Assembly (NCBI GenBank): GCA_008632985.1
Contig: QPGO01000128.1
Span: forward strand, 186,001 to 237,659
Source: Psammoneis japonica
Lineage: Eukaryota
Direction: 5' to 3'
DNA length: 51,659 bases
Position 1 is the first letter of the stretch. Every line of letters starts with the position of its first letter. The position numbers and the translations under genes are program-made. Of this stretch, positions 11,774 through 23,409 are shown in pieces. The notes beneath the pieces were generated by a model. It had not been told where the DNA came from. It worked only from the letters and a program-made list of their open reading frames with translations, and searched no databases.

Positions 11774-14700
11774 ATGGAGATATCAAGTTCAGCGACCCAG
11801 AGAGCATGGCGCAAAAGGAAACGGTCGAAAGTTCTTCATGCGTCTGCTGCTGTGATTGTGTGCGTCGCGCTTCCTGTGGCAGTTACTGCATTCAGTGGCG
11901 GCGCACCTCTCTCTAGACGGGGTTTTTCGAGACCTTCACGAGTGTCAACGCAACCAACTACGCTATTTGACTCTCCCCATCATGATGGTTTTGAAAACGA
12001 AGCTCTGGCGAGAAACAGCCGAAACGGCACAACCGACAGCATGGATGAGTCGCTCTTTTCCATGGAGCAAGGGGATTTGCTGGATGAGAATGAAATTATG
12101 GATAGTGCCAACGGGCAGCAGAACAACGTTAATGGTTATGCTCCTCGTGGTTACAACGGCGACTCCAATAATAATGTGAATGGAGCCAACGGAGGAAGCA
12201 ATCATTACGGAAAAATGGCTCCAACCGCTCCCGAAGTAAATCAATGGACCACCATCATGTCGGATGGTACCAATGGCTTTTTCCGACGGTTCAATCGCTT
12301 TTCCAAAACAAAAGAAAGCAGCAGTAGTGACGCTGAAGCTCTGGAACGCATCTACAAGGATCTCAAGGACATGTCGGATTTTGACAAGATGCAAGTGGAG
12401 AGTTATTGGGAACGGCTTCTGCCCAAGGTGTCTTATCTTGGCACGGACCAGGCTGCCAAAATCTTTAATGCGCTTCGTGTTGCCTACCGCGCTCATCGAG
12501 GACAAATGCGCAAGAGTGGTGAACCCTTTATTATTCATCCCGTTGAAGTGGCGTTACTATTGGCTGGATTGAAAATGGACGGGGAAACCGTCATGGCGGG
12601 CTTGTTGCACGACACGGTCGAAGACACGGACTTGACATTTGCACAAGTCGAGTCGCTCTTTGGACATGTCGTTCGATCCATTGTCGAGGGAGAAACCAAG
12701 GTATCCAAGCTTCCGAAGCTGGCCTTTTCGGATTATGCAGATGAACAAGCAGAGAATTTGCGACAAATGTTTGTCGCCATGACGGATGATTACAGAATTA
12801 TCATTGTCAAGCTTGCCGATCGGTTACACAATATGCGGACTCTTCGGTACATGAAGCCCGAAAAACAAATCAAGATTAGTCGTGAAACATTGGATATCTT
12901 TGCTCCCTTGGCACACCGCATGGGTATTTGGCAATTCAAGAGCGAGTTGGAAGACACGGCATTCATGTACTTGTATCCACAAGAATACAAACGACTGAAT
13001 CGTCGGCTCCGCCTCCATCAGACAAAATTCCGTGACACACTGGACAAGTCGCAAAAGATTTTGCGCAAGCGGCTCGAATCGGATCCAACCCTTCGAGAGC
13101 GTGCCACCTTTCAAGTGTCGGGCCGCACCAAGGAGTTGTACTCGCTGTGGCACAAAATGGAAACCAAGGGCGAACGCAATCTTGACCACATTGTCGATGT
13201 AGTGGCACTACGGGTAGTTATTACACCCAAGGATGCACATGGCAGTGAATACGATGAGAATGACGCGGACCGTGGAGTTTGGTTGTGCTATCATGTCTTG
13301 GGGCTTGTCCAGCATTTGCCTGGCTTTCAGCCCATGCCGACTCGGGTGAGTGTTACTTTGGATGTGTACTACTTTTCTCTTTTCCTTATCGACTGTATCA
13401 TCTCATTCATATACGTCGCCTGTTGTTATTCTATGTGGGCACAGGTCAAGGACTACATTTCGTTTCCGAAGCCCAATGGCTATCAAAGTCTCCACACGGC
13501 TCTGATGCTCAATGGCCAAGCAATTGAAGTCCAGATCCGAACCTCTGCCATGCATCAAGTGGCAGAATATGGCATGGCGTCTCATTGGGCCTACACGGAC
13601 CAGAAGAAGCGAACGCTTGAAAAGACTTATCTATACAACACTCCGTGGCTGTCGAGTATCAAGGAGTGGCAGAATGATATTATTTGTTCGCGAGACTTTG
13701 TGGACAGTGTCCGCAGAGAGCTTCTGGGAAAGCGCGTCTTTGTGTTTTTACGCAACGGCAAGATTCTGAATCTAGCACGAGGCGCAACCGCGATTGATGC
13801 TGCGTTTGCCATTCATACAGAAGTTGGTTTGGGTATGCATGGTGTAGAAATCAATGGCCATCCAGTTCCATTTTCCTACGAGCTTCGTAATGGCGACGTT
13901 GTTTCTATACTAACGGGTGAAGGAAACCGTCAACGGATTGGATGCGATATGCCAAGAGCCGCTCGACAAGATCGAAACTCCGTGCCTACTTTCGGAGCAA
14001 GCAAAAGGAGAGTCTCCGAGAAGCTGGCCAGATCTTGGTCTTTGACTATTTATGGATGCACGGACCGTTGATGGAGAGAACTTCCTTTATCCCCCACGAG
14101 TTTTCCATTCCAACCACCGTGGAGGATCTGGCAACATTCTTGCCTGGCAAGTCCCAATTCAAGGACGTGGACGAATTGCTCATTTCAATCGGAAAGAAGC
14201 ACGACCGGTTGTATTTGCACACAATGATGTCCAAGATTTTCATGGTGCCACTGTCTACCTTGGTGAACGCTGAAAAAGACAGGCAGAAGCTTGTGCCGCA
14301 GGTGCATGAAGCTGTCCTTGAGAGTCGCAAGGTGGCCAGGGATGCAGCGAGAGCCGCGGCGGCGGCGCAAGAAGCGCTCTCACCGCTTTCCGATGAATCT
14401 TCCGACCAGCCAGATCTTTCTTTACAAGATGCCTTTATCAACGAGGATGATAACACCTTTGTGTATGCCGACCCAGAGAATATTTGTCAAGACTGCCTTC
14501 CTGTTCATGGTGACGAGATTATCGGAACTGCTCCTCCGGATGATGATACGATTGTTACGGTACACCGCGTCGGCTGTGCGCACGCTCAGCAAGCGATTAA
14601 TTCTGCCAGTGCTGCCAGGAGACGACAAACCAACGAACATGGTGTAGAGAGCGTCGCGCTTCGTGCCGAAGCCGAGAATCGTTTTTCGAGTCGCCTGCAA

Positions 14701-15021
14701 AATGGCTCCGACGTGGAAGAATACCCAGTTCCTTTGAAATGGGCAGAATTCAGTCCTGTCGAGGAGGAACGGTTTCAATTCTTGGCAGAAGTAGTTGTGG
14801 TGGCCGGAGACCGCAAGCTACTACTTGCTGATTGCTCAGAGGTTGTTTCGGAGAGTTGTGAGATTCTCAAGACGGGTAGCAGTTCTAGTGAGGAACATGC
14901 CACCCTTGTGTTTTTGGTGCACATTACGAGTCTGGAACACCTTCAGGCACTTATGGACAGCCTCCGGCAGATTCGATCTGTCATGTCTGTCGAACGTCGA
15001 TTTGGGAGCGAGTTACTGTAA
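11774..15021 (+). CDS. RSH: Long RelA/SpoT homologue ((p)ppGpp synthetase/hydrolase; HD, SYNTH, TGS, ACT), probably plastid-targeted; intron 13346-13444; frameshift near 13925
   Basis: AHRGQMRKSGEPFIIHP, LLHDTVED, ADRLHNMRT, GRTKELYSLWHKM, KDYISFPKPNGYQSLHT and EVQIRT, then TGS-like and C-terminal ACT-like segments. Signal-like VIVCVALPVAVTA-F. A GTGAGT..ACAG intron removes a hydrophobic insert. One missing A in ggaaaccg would restore GEGKPSTDWMRYAK. Confidence 0.95.
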
Positions 15022-15135
15022 GCGTGCGTCAATGCTTACAGGTCTTCAAAGCTTTGTCGGCCGAGCGGAATGAATTCGTCCTCTGGCGTCCGGCGAACGT
15101 TTGCTGAAGCGGATCAGCTTTTCGCTCGCTTTTCT

Positions 15136-15330
15136 CTAGTGTATTGAATGACGCACACACATACATCGTTAAAACCAGAAACCGACGCCTTAAGGTGGAT
15201 AGCTTGTTCTGGTTGTGCATTTGCCGCTGTCCCATCCTCGCAATAGCTTCACAAGAATCATAATGTTTCTTTACTCATCATTCTTCGTTAAAACACAAAC
15301 ACCTAAAATGTAAATACCAGATCATCAAAC
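15136..15330 (-). repeat. 5' fragment and upstream region of an unknown gene, paralogous to 19945-20150
   Basis: MGQRQMHNQNKLSTLRRRFLV (ORF 15029-15235) matches MGQRRMHDQNKSSTLGRRFLV (ORF 19920-20222). Shared aaaaccagaaaccgacgcc.taaggtggat. Confidence 0.85.
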
Positions 15331-16129
15331 TATTTTTTCCCGCCAAGACCGATCTTTCAATTTTGCTGTCATTTACAGTACTGGTACGTCCCGAAGCCCG
15401 AGACTTGACTGTCACCGAAGTCCAGCACAATGGATAATACTCATCATACTGTTACTGATTTCATGTAGCTCATAAGTAATGCTTTGTCGCTAATCTTGAC
15501 CTGTAAGCGGCGGAGCGGGCGTGATGACCAAAGGGCAATCCGCCTTTTTTTTTTTTCGTTCCTTTTGAGCAACAGGATCCGTGTCGAGATCACACTCCAA
15601 GCCGTAGGGCAGTCAAAATATTTTTGACCATCAGGGAGGCAACTGAGAGAACCATATACAACACATTCGGCGACAACGAGAATAGCAAATCGTGACTGGT
15701 TCAATGATCAATGATGATGATGGATGTTCAATGATATTTCGCGCGCTGAGTTCGCGGATTGAAGTTCGCGGATCAAAAGCGATCTTTGACCGTCGACTAT
15801 GTCAAGCATAATTATTGGAATCCGCGAACTAATGCCGGTACTGAGTAAACGGTCGAAGCGAATCATCGATACCTGTACGGTAAAAATAATGCTTTTGAGC
15901 AAGTTAAGTAAGCAAGTTGTGCGCTTGCCGTTAGCAAGCATGTTTCTCTTCGCTTTTCCCATGCCCCTGCATCATTACGACGTATCCCACACAAACAGCT
16001 TGTCCCGCAGTGAAACCAAATCTATTTGCTTTTGGGTTGCTTTCGAGGATCCAATCATTCGGCTTGTCTCCTGATGATGATTGCTCTGTCTCACAAAATT
16101 GAACACGGCGAGAAAGTCGAAACGACAAG

Positions 16130-17209
16130 ATGAAATCCACCATTTACCATCACCTCCTCGTCCTCTCCTCCCTAGTTTGGATCGGATCTCACCGTGCTGT
16201 GGCGTCCGAAACACCACTGTGTGGTCTCCCGCCGCTCAACAAGCGAAAGGATAAGGGCGTATTTATTACGAAAAAGTGCGGCTTTTCCGACCAGTGGTTC
16301 GTGCAAGCTACTGGCGGTCGGCAGGCTTTATCCGTCAACGGCACACTCGTGCCAGAGGAAAACGCAAGAGTCGTGGTGAAGAACAAGGACTTCACCATTG
16401 ATGTGAAGAAGAAGGATATCGATGGCTTCGATTTCCGTCTCAAAAAGGGAGACGTATGCATCACCCTCAACACGCCCGACGGCGTACCCCTTTATGTTGG
16501 TAAGAACCGTGTGCTTCTTCCTTCAAAGTCAGTCAGGCTCCCTAGCTTCAAGCCGTGTGACGGACCAGTGCTCGAATACCTCTTTGACACTTCAAACAAT
16601 ATCTACAAGGACTCGGGAGAAAAGGGATTTGATGGCAAGGCGGGAAGAGGCCGTTATGTGTACTCCAACAGTCCAGGTTTTGCCGGACGGTCTGTTTCTC
16701 TTGATGGTAGGGATGATACTATGATTATCCCCGACTCTACCAAGATGAACATGAACGAATACACCATGATGGCATGGGTGTGGTACCGTGATACTGGCAC
16801 AAAAGACTTTGCGTATCAGATCATTCAGAAATCGAGTGCCATTTGGCTCAACATCAACGTCGAAACTCGATTTGTAAACGGAGGTGGCTTCTTCGGCGGT
16901 TGCGGTGGTAAGGACTTGTTCAAAGTTACAAGTACCAAACCAGTCCCCAAGGAACATTGGACCCACGTTGCTGTCACCAACGACCGTAAGTCGTTGAAGA
17001 TCTACATCAATGGAGACTTGAGTGGAGAGGCGAATCTGCCGACGAGCAAGCCTCACTGCGCCAACCTGGGACCGTTCGTGATTGGCTCCAATTATCGCGA
17101 GACGGCGTCCGAATCGAAGGGCTATTTTGGCGGGTACATGGACTCGGTCCGCGTCTTCGACAAGGACCTCAGTCAAGAAGAAGTCCGTTCCGAAATGTTT
17201 CGCAACTAG
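16130..17209 (+). CDS. Secreted LamG / concanavalin-A-like domain protein
   Basis: Intact 359-aa ORF with a signal peptide. LamG-like motifs: SVSLDG, YTMMAWV, WTHVAVT, LKIYING, FGGYMDSVRVFDKDLS. Confidence 0.85.
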   Translation: MKSTIYHHLLVLSSLVWIGSHRAVASETPLCGLPPLNKRKDKGVFITKKCGFSDQWFVQATGGRQALSVNGTLVPEENARVVVKNKDFTIDVKKKDIDGFDFRLKKGDVCITLNTPDGVPLYVGKNRVLLPSKSVRLPSFKPCDGPVLEYLFDTSNNIYKDSGEKGFDGKAGRGRYVYSNSPGFAGRSVSLDGRDDTMIIPDSTKMNMNEYTMMAWVWYRDTGTKDFAYQIIQKSSAIWLNINVETRFVNGGGFFGGCGGKDLFKVTSTKPVPKEHWTHVAVTNDRKSLKIYINGDLSGEANLPTSKPHCANLGPFVIGSNYRETASESKGYFGGYMDSVRVFDKDLSQEEVRSEMFRN

Positions 17210-17629
17210 TTGTGCACGCCAATGGTTTAAGACATGGACTATCATGTAATATCCGCTTCGACGAGTCATACCTGATTCTTGAATTGGTGGGTGTGGCTAT
17301 CGTCGTTTGTTCATTCTTTAGTCTGCTCAATCTTATTAGCACTCCTGTTATTTGTAACTCCCATCTCAAGTGAACATTTTGTGATAGCAGTTAGCATAAC
17401 CATCGACTGTCGACTCAGTGGGTTTTGTCCTCTCACATCAAGCCAACTTGAAACTGCGCAGGCCCTGCAGCCTGCAGCACTGATGGTGCTGTAGACCTAC
17501 CGTACGTACGGTGAATAACTGCGGCTCCTCTTCCTGCTAGAGAGCAGCAGCTAGAGTGGAGCTAGCTCTAGCTGCTAGAGACTCTGCTCTAGAGAGTAGC
17601 TACTCCAGAGCTAGCAGCAGCTAGCAGCA

Positions 17630-19990
17630 GTCATCTTGCTGCTGTGAATCACACGGATTCCCTCCCACCACGCCTCGGCTGCCCGTGCTCCGATGACATG
17701 GCACAGTGGAAGCGACTCCAGTCCATCGATGCAACACGTGGAGACAGTCTAGCACACACGCAACATGCACAACCATGCACGGACTCGTGACTGTTGCCAC
17801 AATGAAAACAGCAGTCACCACCATCAGGTGAAGCAATGCGGCTGTGGGGCCAGGCTTGCAGCCACCAGTGCCAAGCAGTTGACTCTCTTTTTCATTGTGT
17901 GCAGATGGGATTGGGAGCAGAGAGCTTTCAACTTTCATCATTGGCACCTTCTTGGAGATGCCTTGGCAGCTCCATGTGGTGCCTCATCCCTGCCTGCCAG
18001 ACAGTGAGCGGTGACACTCTTGGGCTCTTCTTGTTGGCTTGGAGTTCACAGGCATGGCAAAAATTTTGTGCTGAAAGAGCCTGTCAATCAGCGCACACTT
18101 GGGAGCTTTGGTGAGTGCCAGGCAGACTCTGCATCTTTTTTGCAAGCAAGAGCTGTGTGCTGGCAAAGCCCCCGAGTGTGCTGATGGGTGGACTTTTTCC
18201 AGCCAGCAGCTGGCTGGAAATGCCCCACACCAGCACAGCTGCACATCTTTGCGTGCACACGAAATTTTTTTTGTCACATGTGGGGCCCCACCAAATTGCA
18301 GCAACAAGTGAGAGAACAGCTCCAAACACCTCTTCAGCTCAAAAAACAAAGGTGCTGTCTGACCATGACCCTGCTGAGCAGCTTTTCTCAGCGCACACAA
18401 TGTGGGGATCAAGTGACTTACCTGCCAACAAGGCGTTGGCTGGTGTGACTTCACACCCCACACCCTTTTTTCAAAGTTGCCTCAAGAGCCCATTTTGAAA
18501 TGGGCCAAGCTGCCCAGTTGCACAGGAGCTGCAGGAGTGGGAAGACAAGGCAGGCAGCAGCTGTCTTTGCTGCAGTGCAATGTCTGTTGCAGCTGTGCAG
18601 CAGCTTGGAAACCAGCAAACAAGTTTGGAAGAAATTGTGTGGACACTGGCCAGCACTGCGCAAGTGCGGGGCAAACAATGGAGATGTGAGCAGAGTGCAT
18701 TTGCAGCTGCTTTCACAAAACATCAACACAGCCCACAAGCACAACATCAGGGACCCAAATTTAAGAATCTTTGCACAGACTTACAACCAGACTGAAGTCT
18801 GCCTCAACATGAGTGAGCATGAGCACATGAACTTGTTCATGACAAATCAGTCAGGTTTGTCACAAATGACACCCAATCACAAACAGGTGTGATTTGAAAA
18901 TGAACAAATGTCTGTCTTTTCCAACAAATGTTGGCACATTGAAATCAAGATGTGGTTTGCCCATGCATTTTGCATCTCAACAAGTTGACCTTCATAAAAA
19001 ACTCCACATTGCCGTTGCTGCAAACTGACTTGGAACAAATCAGTCTTCTGGATTTCTCAAAAAACAGTTTTGTGGTGCATTGCTTCAGTTCAATTTGAAT
19101 CTGTGTGTGGTTTGCAGTGCAGTTCTGCAATCTGTTTGTGCTGCACAATTTGATTTGGAACAATGCAGCTGCTGCTGTGTGGTTTGCATGCACTGTGCTG
19201 CTGTCAAAACTCCAGCTTGTGCATCTCAGCACAGTTCACCGTGTGTTCACCCTCACCATCATCCAACTCATTTTACCCATCCTCCTCTTGCTTTCTGTGA
19301 TTTGCCACAATCATCCTGCACAAATCTTCCCACTGTCCCAGTTGTCCACTTGCAATGTCTTGTTTGATTTCCATGGCCAGCTCCCCAAAGAACTTGTTTG
19401 CCTTTGTGGCAACCATCGCTTGCTCTTTTCCTTGGTGCATTGCATCATCTCATGGAGTTGCCTGCTGTGAAGTGCTTGAGTTGCCTCATGCACTTTCTTT
19501 TCTTGGTGCTGCATTCCTTGTCCGGGAGCTCCCCCTTGTGTCTCTCCAGCTCATTTGCAACTTCCGTCAAAGCAGACATTCACTCCTTTGTCTTTTGCTC
19601 TGTTCACAACTTTTGAATGTTGTCTTTGTGACTTTTGCAACATTGTTTGTCCCTTGCCTCTTTGAACTTGCTTGCCATCTCCTGCACTGCTTCTTGTTCC
19701 GATGGCTCTTCTGGGTCTTTCGCCAACACAGCAAAGCCCAAGGTGCTTGAGGGAGCCTTCATCTGCATTCTTGAGAGCTCTTCAATGGTGAGTTTTTGCA
19801 TGAATGTTTCACACAAGTCCTCCCTGCCCGTTGGGTTTCATTCTTTGTCAGCCTCTGCATCACAGTCTGACATCAAAGCGATGTCCTTGTTGCTGCTCTT
19901 GCACTCTGCATGCCAAGCATCAAAGTTGTTTTTCAGGAGCATGTGGAGTGTGTTGAATGATGCACACACAAACATCGAAAACCAGAAACC
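17630..19990. other. TpA- and CpG-depleted hypermutated tract
   Basis: About six TA found by eye in about 2.4 kb. CG is retained mainly at the edges. Confidence 0.9.
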
Positions 19991-20042
19991 GACGCCCTAA
20001 GGTGGATGACTTGTTCTGATCGTGCATACGCCGCTGTCCCAT
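19310..20042 (-). pseudogene. Decayed unknown gene whose readable 5' end lies just outside the TpA/CpG-poor tract
   Basis: ATG at 20042 (MGQRR...) is paralogous to 15235. Downstream broken frames read like a charged helical protein (KDPEEPSEQEAVQEMASKFKEARDKQ). Confidence 0.5.
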
Positions 20043-20391
20043 CTTCACAACTTCGCATGAATCATCATTGTCATCTTCTCTTCTTCGTGCAAAACGCAAC
20101 ACCTCTACAGAAAGAAATGGGCCAAATTGAAAATACCAGACGATCGACTCGTGTTTTGCGTACTTTCTAGTACTGTTTCTACTATGAAACGCCACCACAA
20201 GCGAAGACTGTTTTTTTTTCAATTTCGGCGGTCACAGCGCCGCACATACCGCAAAGAAACAGCCCAACCTGCTTCTGTATGCTTGTGTCTTGTGTGTAAC
20301 ATTACAATAATATAAGTCAAGAGAATATAACTCTTTGTTTGCCGCGAAGATCGAAATATCAAATTCGCGGTTGTGTCGTGCGTTGACCGAA

Positions 20392-22401
20392 ATGAGCAAT
20401 CATGAAGCATTGACCTTACCGAGACGACCGACTCCATTCTTACGAAAACCGCTGGCAGTTGTTCAACGGGAACAGCGACAAGAAGCACTTCGACAAAGTA
20501 GCACGGTTGGTAGTAATACTGATGGAGAAGAAGGTGGTGGTGATCACGTTCGATTAGCAAGACACTTGTCCTTGTTGGATTTAGTATCCATTGGTGTGGG
20601 AGGAACGATTGGATCGGGTGTGTTTGTATTGTGTGGATTGATTGCCAATGAATACGCTGGACCGGCAACCGTGTTGTCCTGGGCCATTGCCGGTGTTGCA
20701 GCGTTTTTGTCCGGTTGTTGTTATGCCGAGCTCAGTGGACGAATTCCGACTGCTGGTTCTTCCTATTCCTATGCTCATGTTAGTATGGGTGAATTGCCAG
20801 CCGTTGTGACGGCATCAATGTTGACGCTAGAATTTTTAGTTTCGGGAGCCGCCGTAGCGAGGTGCGTCATGTGACTGGGGATTGAGATTTGAGACGTTTT
20901 TCAACATGGGATTTGCTCACTCTTGTTTGCTATTTTAAGATCTTGGGGAGACAAGGTTGTGGAATGGTTACGTGTTGAGATGGAAGCGGGGGATTGGGTA
21001 GACACGTATTTAAATCCGGGTTGGGGGTTCAACCCAATGGCAATGGCGGTTTCAGCCGTCACGTGTGCACTGGTATACGGTGGGGTCCGCGAATCAAAGA
21101 TTGTAACAGACATTTTCACCTGGATGAAAACTTTATTGGTGGCATTCATGGCTCTCGGCGGTCTTGCGCTGATGAATCCTTCAAACTTGAAACCATTCGT
21201 ACCACCAGAGTTTGGGATTTCTGGTGTGATGCGTGGAGCAACTTCTTCGTTCTTTGGATACCTGGGATACGATGGCATTTGTTGCGTGGCTGGGGAGGCT
21301 AAAAATCCAACAGTCAACCTACCAAAGTCTGTCCTCATCACACTGGTAATTGTGACAGTTCTGTACATTATCGCTGCATTAGGTTTGGTGGGGATGCAGC
21401 ACTACACCGAAATCAGCCCCGAAAGCGCCTTTCCAGAGGCGTTTGCAGCAAACGGGGTTGAATGGGCTGCGCAACTTACAGCGGTAAGAAATACTACCAG
21501 TAGAATTGGGCAGAATCGCTCTGTCATGGAACGGTCGTCTAACGCATCTATTTACTACGGAACTCTACAGGCTGGAGAGATTATAACGTTACCAGTGGTT
21601 GTCTTGCTATCCTCTGTGCTGCAACCGAGATTGTTTTACGCATTGGCGTGGGACGGGTTTCTCCCACCGGTGTTTGGCAAGGTTGATTCACACGGAAACC
21701 TTCGAAAGGGAATATTAATCTCGGGGAGCTGCATGACGATACTGGCCGGGTTTGTGCCGTTTACGTATTTGGACGACTTTGTCAGTGCCGGGATTCTGAT
21801 TGCATTTTCCATTACCAATTCATCTCTTGTCTTGATGCGACGAGAGTCGCCAATGGAACGACCCTTTTTGTTGGAAAAGATGCTGTTGGTGTTTAGCTTG
21901 CTTTCCCTCTTGACTGGGTTGGTACTGAGACATGCCTCGTTAGAGACTGCTTTCGGATTGACTGTGGCAATGTGTTTTCTCGTGGCAACAACTGTTTGGG
22001 GTGCCGTTTTGGGATGCTCTTGTCCGAGAAGCATTGCCTTTGGCGGCGACACCACGCTGACTACCGACATTATTGACGATGCTGTGAACCAGCGATATTT
22101 TGAAACTCCTTGTGTCCCACTCATTCCGCTCCTGGGGATATTTACCAACTGGTACCTTGTCGCACAACTAGAGTATCTTGGGATTGTTCTATTGATCATC
22201 TATATCGCATTGGCGATTGTTCTGTATTGGATGTATGGGGCCAAACACAGCGTGGGGAACAACACCAACTGGAACCAGAGTGAGTACGAAACAGCAGATG
22301 CAGGAGAGATCGAAATGGATCAACTCGACGATGCTGAAGACGTGCAAACACAGTCCACAATGAATGGTAGCACGGCAGTGGCCGATACCGAATTAACTTG
22401 A
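20392..22401 (+). CDS. Cationic amino-acid transporter (APC superfamily); introns 20862-20939 and 21484-21570
   Basis: LVSIGVGGTIGSGVFV, CYAELSGRIPTAGSSYSY, FFGYLGYD, EAKNP, PRLFYALAWDG and FETPCVPLIP. GT-AG introns join the frames in phase. Confidence 0.93.
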
Positions 22402-22415
22402 GAGCGCGGCGACTT

Positions 22416-23279
22416 TTACTCTGACGGACTATCTCGCAGAAACTGTTTCTTGTTCCTCTCAAACATTTTGAGGCGTTGGTACGCTTCCTCTACTGATACG
22501 CCGTTTTGTGGCACTACGGAATCCATGTCTTCTGCTTCATCATCGGTAATGATTTGTAAGCCTTCGCATCCGCCAAGAGTTGGCGACCAATAGGGAATCG
22601 CCTCTGGCTCTTGTTTGTCATCTGGCTTTCTCACTTCAGCATTCCACGAATCCTGGCTCGCCATGACTTTGGTCCAAAAGGGATAGGTTGAACACTGAAT
22701 CGGCCGTGCCTCGTAGATACTGCATTGATTGCTCTCTTCCAAAAATACACAAGCTCCTCCTTGGTTGTTCTTCAAACGAATCCATTTCTTCTTTGGATCG
22801 TTGTCATTTTCCAAAACGAGGGATGCATATTGTTCCATAAAATCTTGTGGAGATAAATCTAGCAGTTTCGCAGCCCCTATAATTTCGTTGGGCGACATGT
22901 AAACGCTTCCTTTTGTTTTACAACATTTTCCACAGGCCGTACAATCAAACGGCAGAGTGGGACCAACTGTTGTGCTCGACATGAACCATGGTGACTCTTT
23001 CTCGATTTCTTTCAAATGAGAACGTTCCAGCGCCCGAGCTAGAGTTGCACTGTCATCTTGGTGACTGTCGTCCTCGTTGTGAGCTCTTTGGGTAACTCCT
23101 AATAATTGTCCTTTCTTGCTGTGTCTTGCTATAAGACTTGGTTTCCTGAACGAAGGACTAACGATTCTTGTCGGAACAAGTGCATGGGCACTGAATTTCC
23201 CTTGAGTCATCATAGTCAGAAGCAGCAGAGCTATCATCATTGATATGTATCCGACATTTATGCAGTGTCGACGATTCAT
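22416..23279 (-). CDS. YkgJ/FliB-type zinc/iron-chelating cysteine-cluster protein with an N-terminal targeting sequence
   Basis: FDCTACGKCC, CVFL, CSIYEARPIQCSTYPFW and CEG motifs; hydrophobic N-terminus. Confidence 0.88.
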   Translation of the reverse strand: MNRRHCINVGYISMMIALLLLTMMTQGKFSAHALVPTRIVSPSFRKPSLIARHSKKGQLLGVTQRAHNEDDSHQDDSATLARALERSHLKEIEKESPWFMSSTTVGPTLPFDCTACGKCCKTKGSVYMSPNEIIGAAKLLDLSPQDFMEQYASLVLENDNDPKKKWIRLKNNQGGACVFLEESNQCSIYEARPIQCSTYPFWTKVMASQDSWNAEVRKPDDKQEPEAIPYWSPTLGGCEGLQIITDDEAEDMDSVVPQNGVSVEEAYQRLKMFERNKKQFLRDSPSE

Positions 23280-23409
23280 TTGGTGCTATTGCTTCTGTAT
23301 TACGGTAGAATTATGGAAGCAAATTGTGGCGAGGTCGTGCGTCGTGCAGGCCGCCATTTGCCATTTTCTGGCTGCGGCGTGCGTGAGCGAAAAGGTTATT
23401 GCGGTGCAC

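Noticed and set aside
11774..15021. Bacterial contamination or recent HGT suggested by RelA/SpoT
   Set aside because: It has a spliceosomal intron and a targeting presequence, and plastid RSH genes are standard in algae.
15444..15962. Two same-frame minus-strand ORFs separated by a TGA as another selenoprotein
   Set aside because: No redox motif, no recognisable domain and no SECIS-like hairpin seen.
17630..19990. Classical fungal RIP as the cause of the tract composition
   Set aside because: RIP converts CpA to TpA and enriches TA. Here TA is lost and CA/TG gained.
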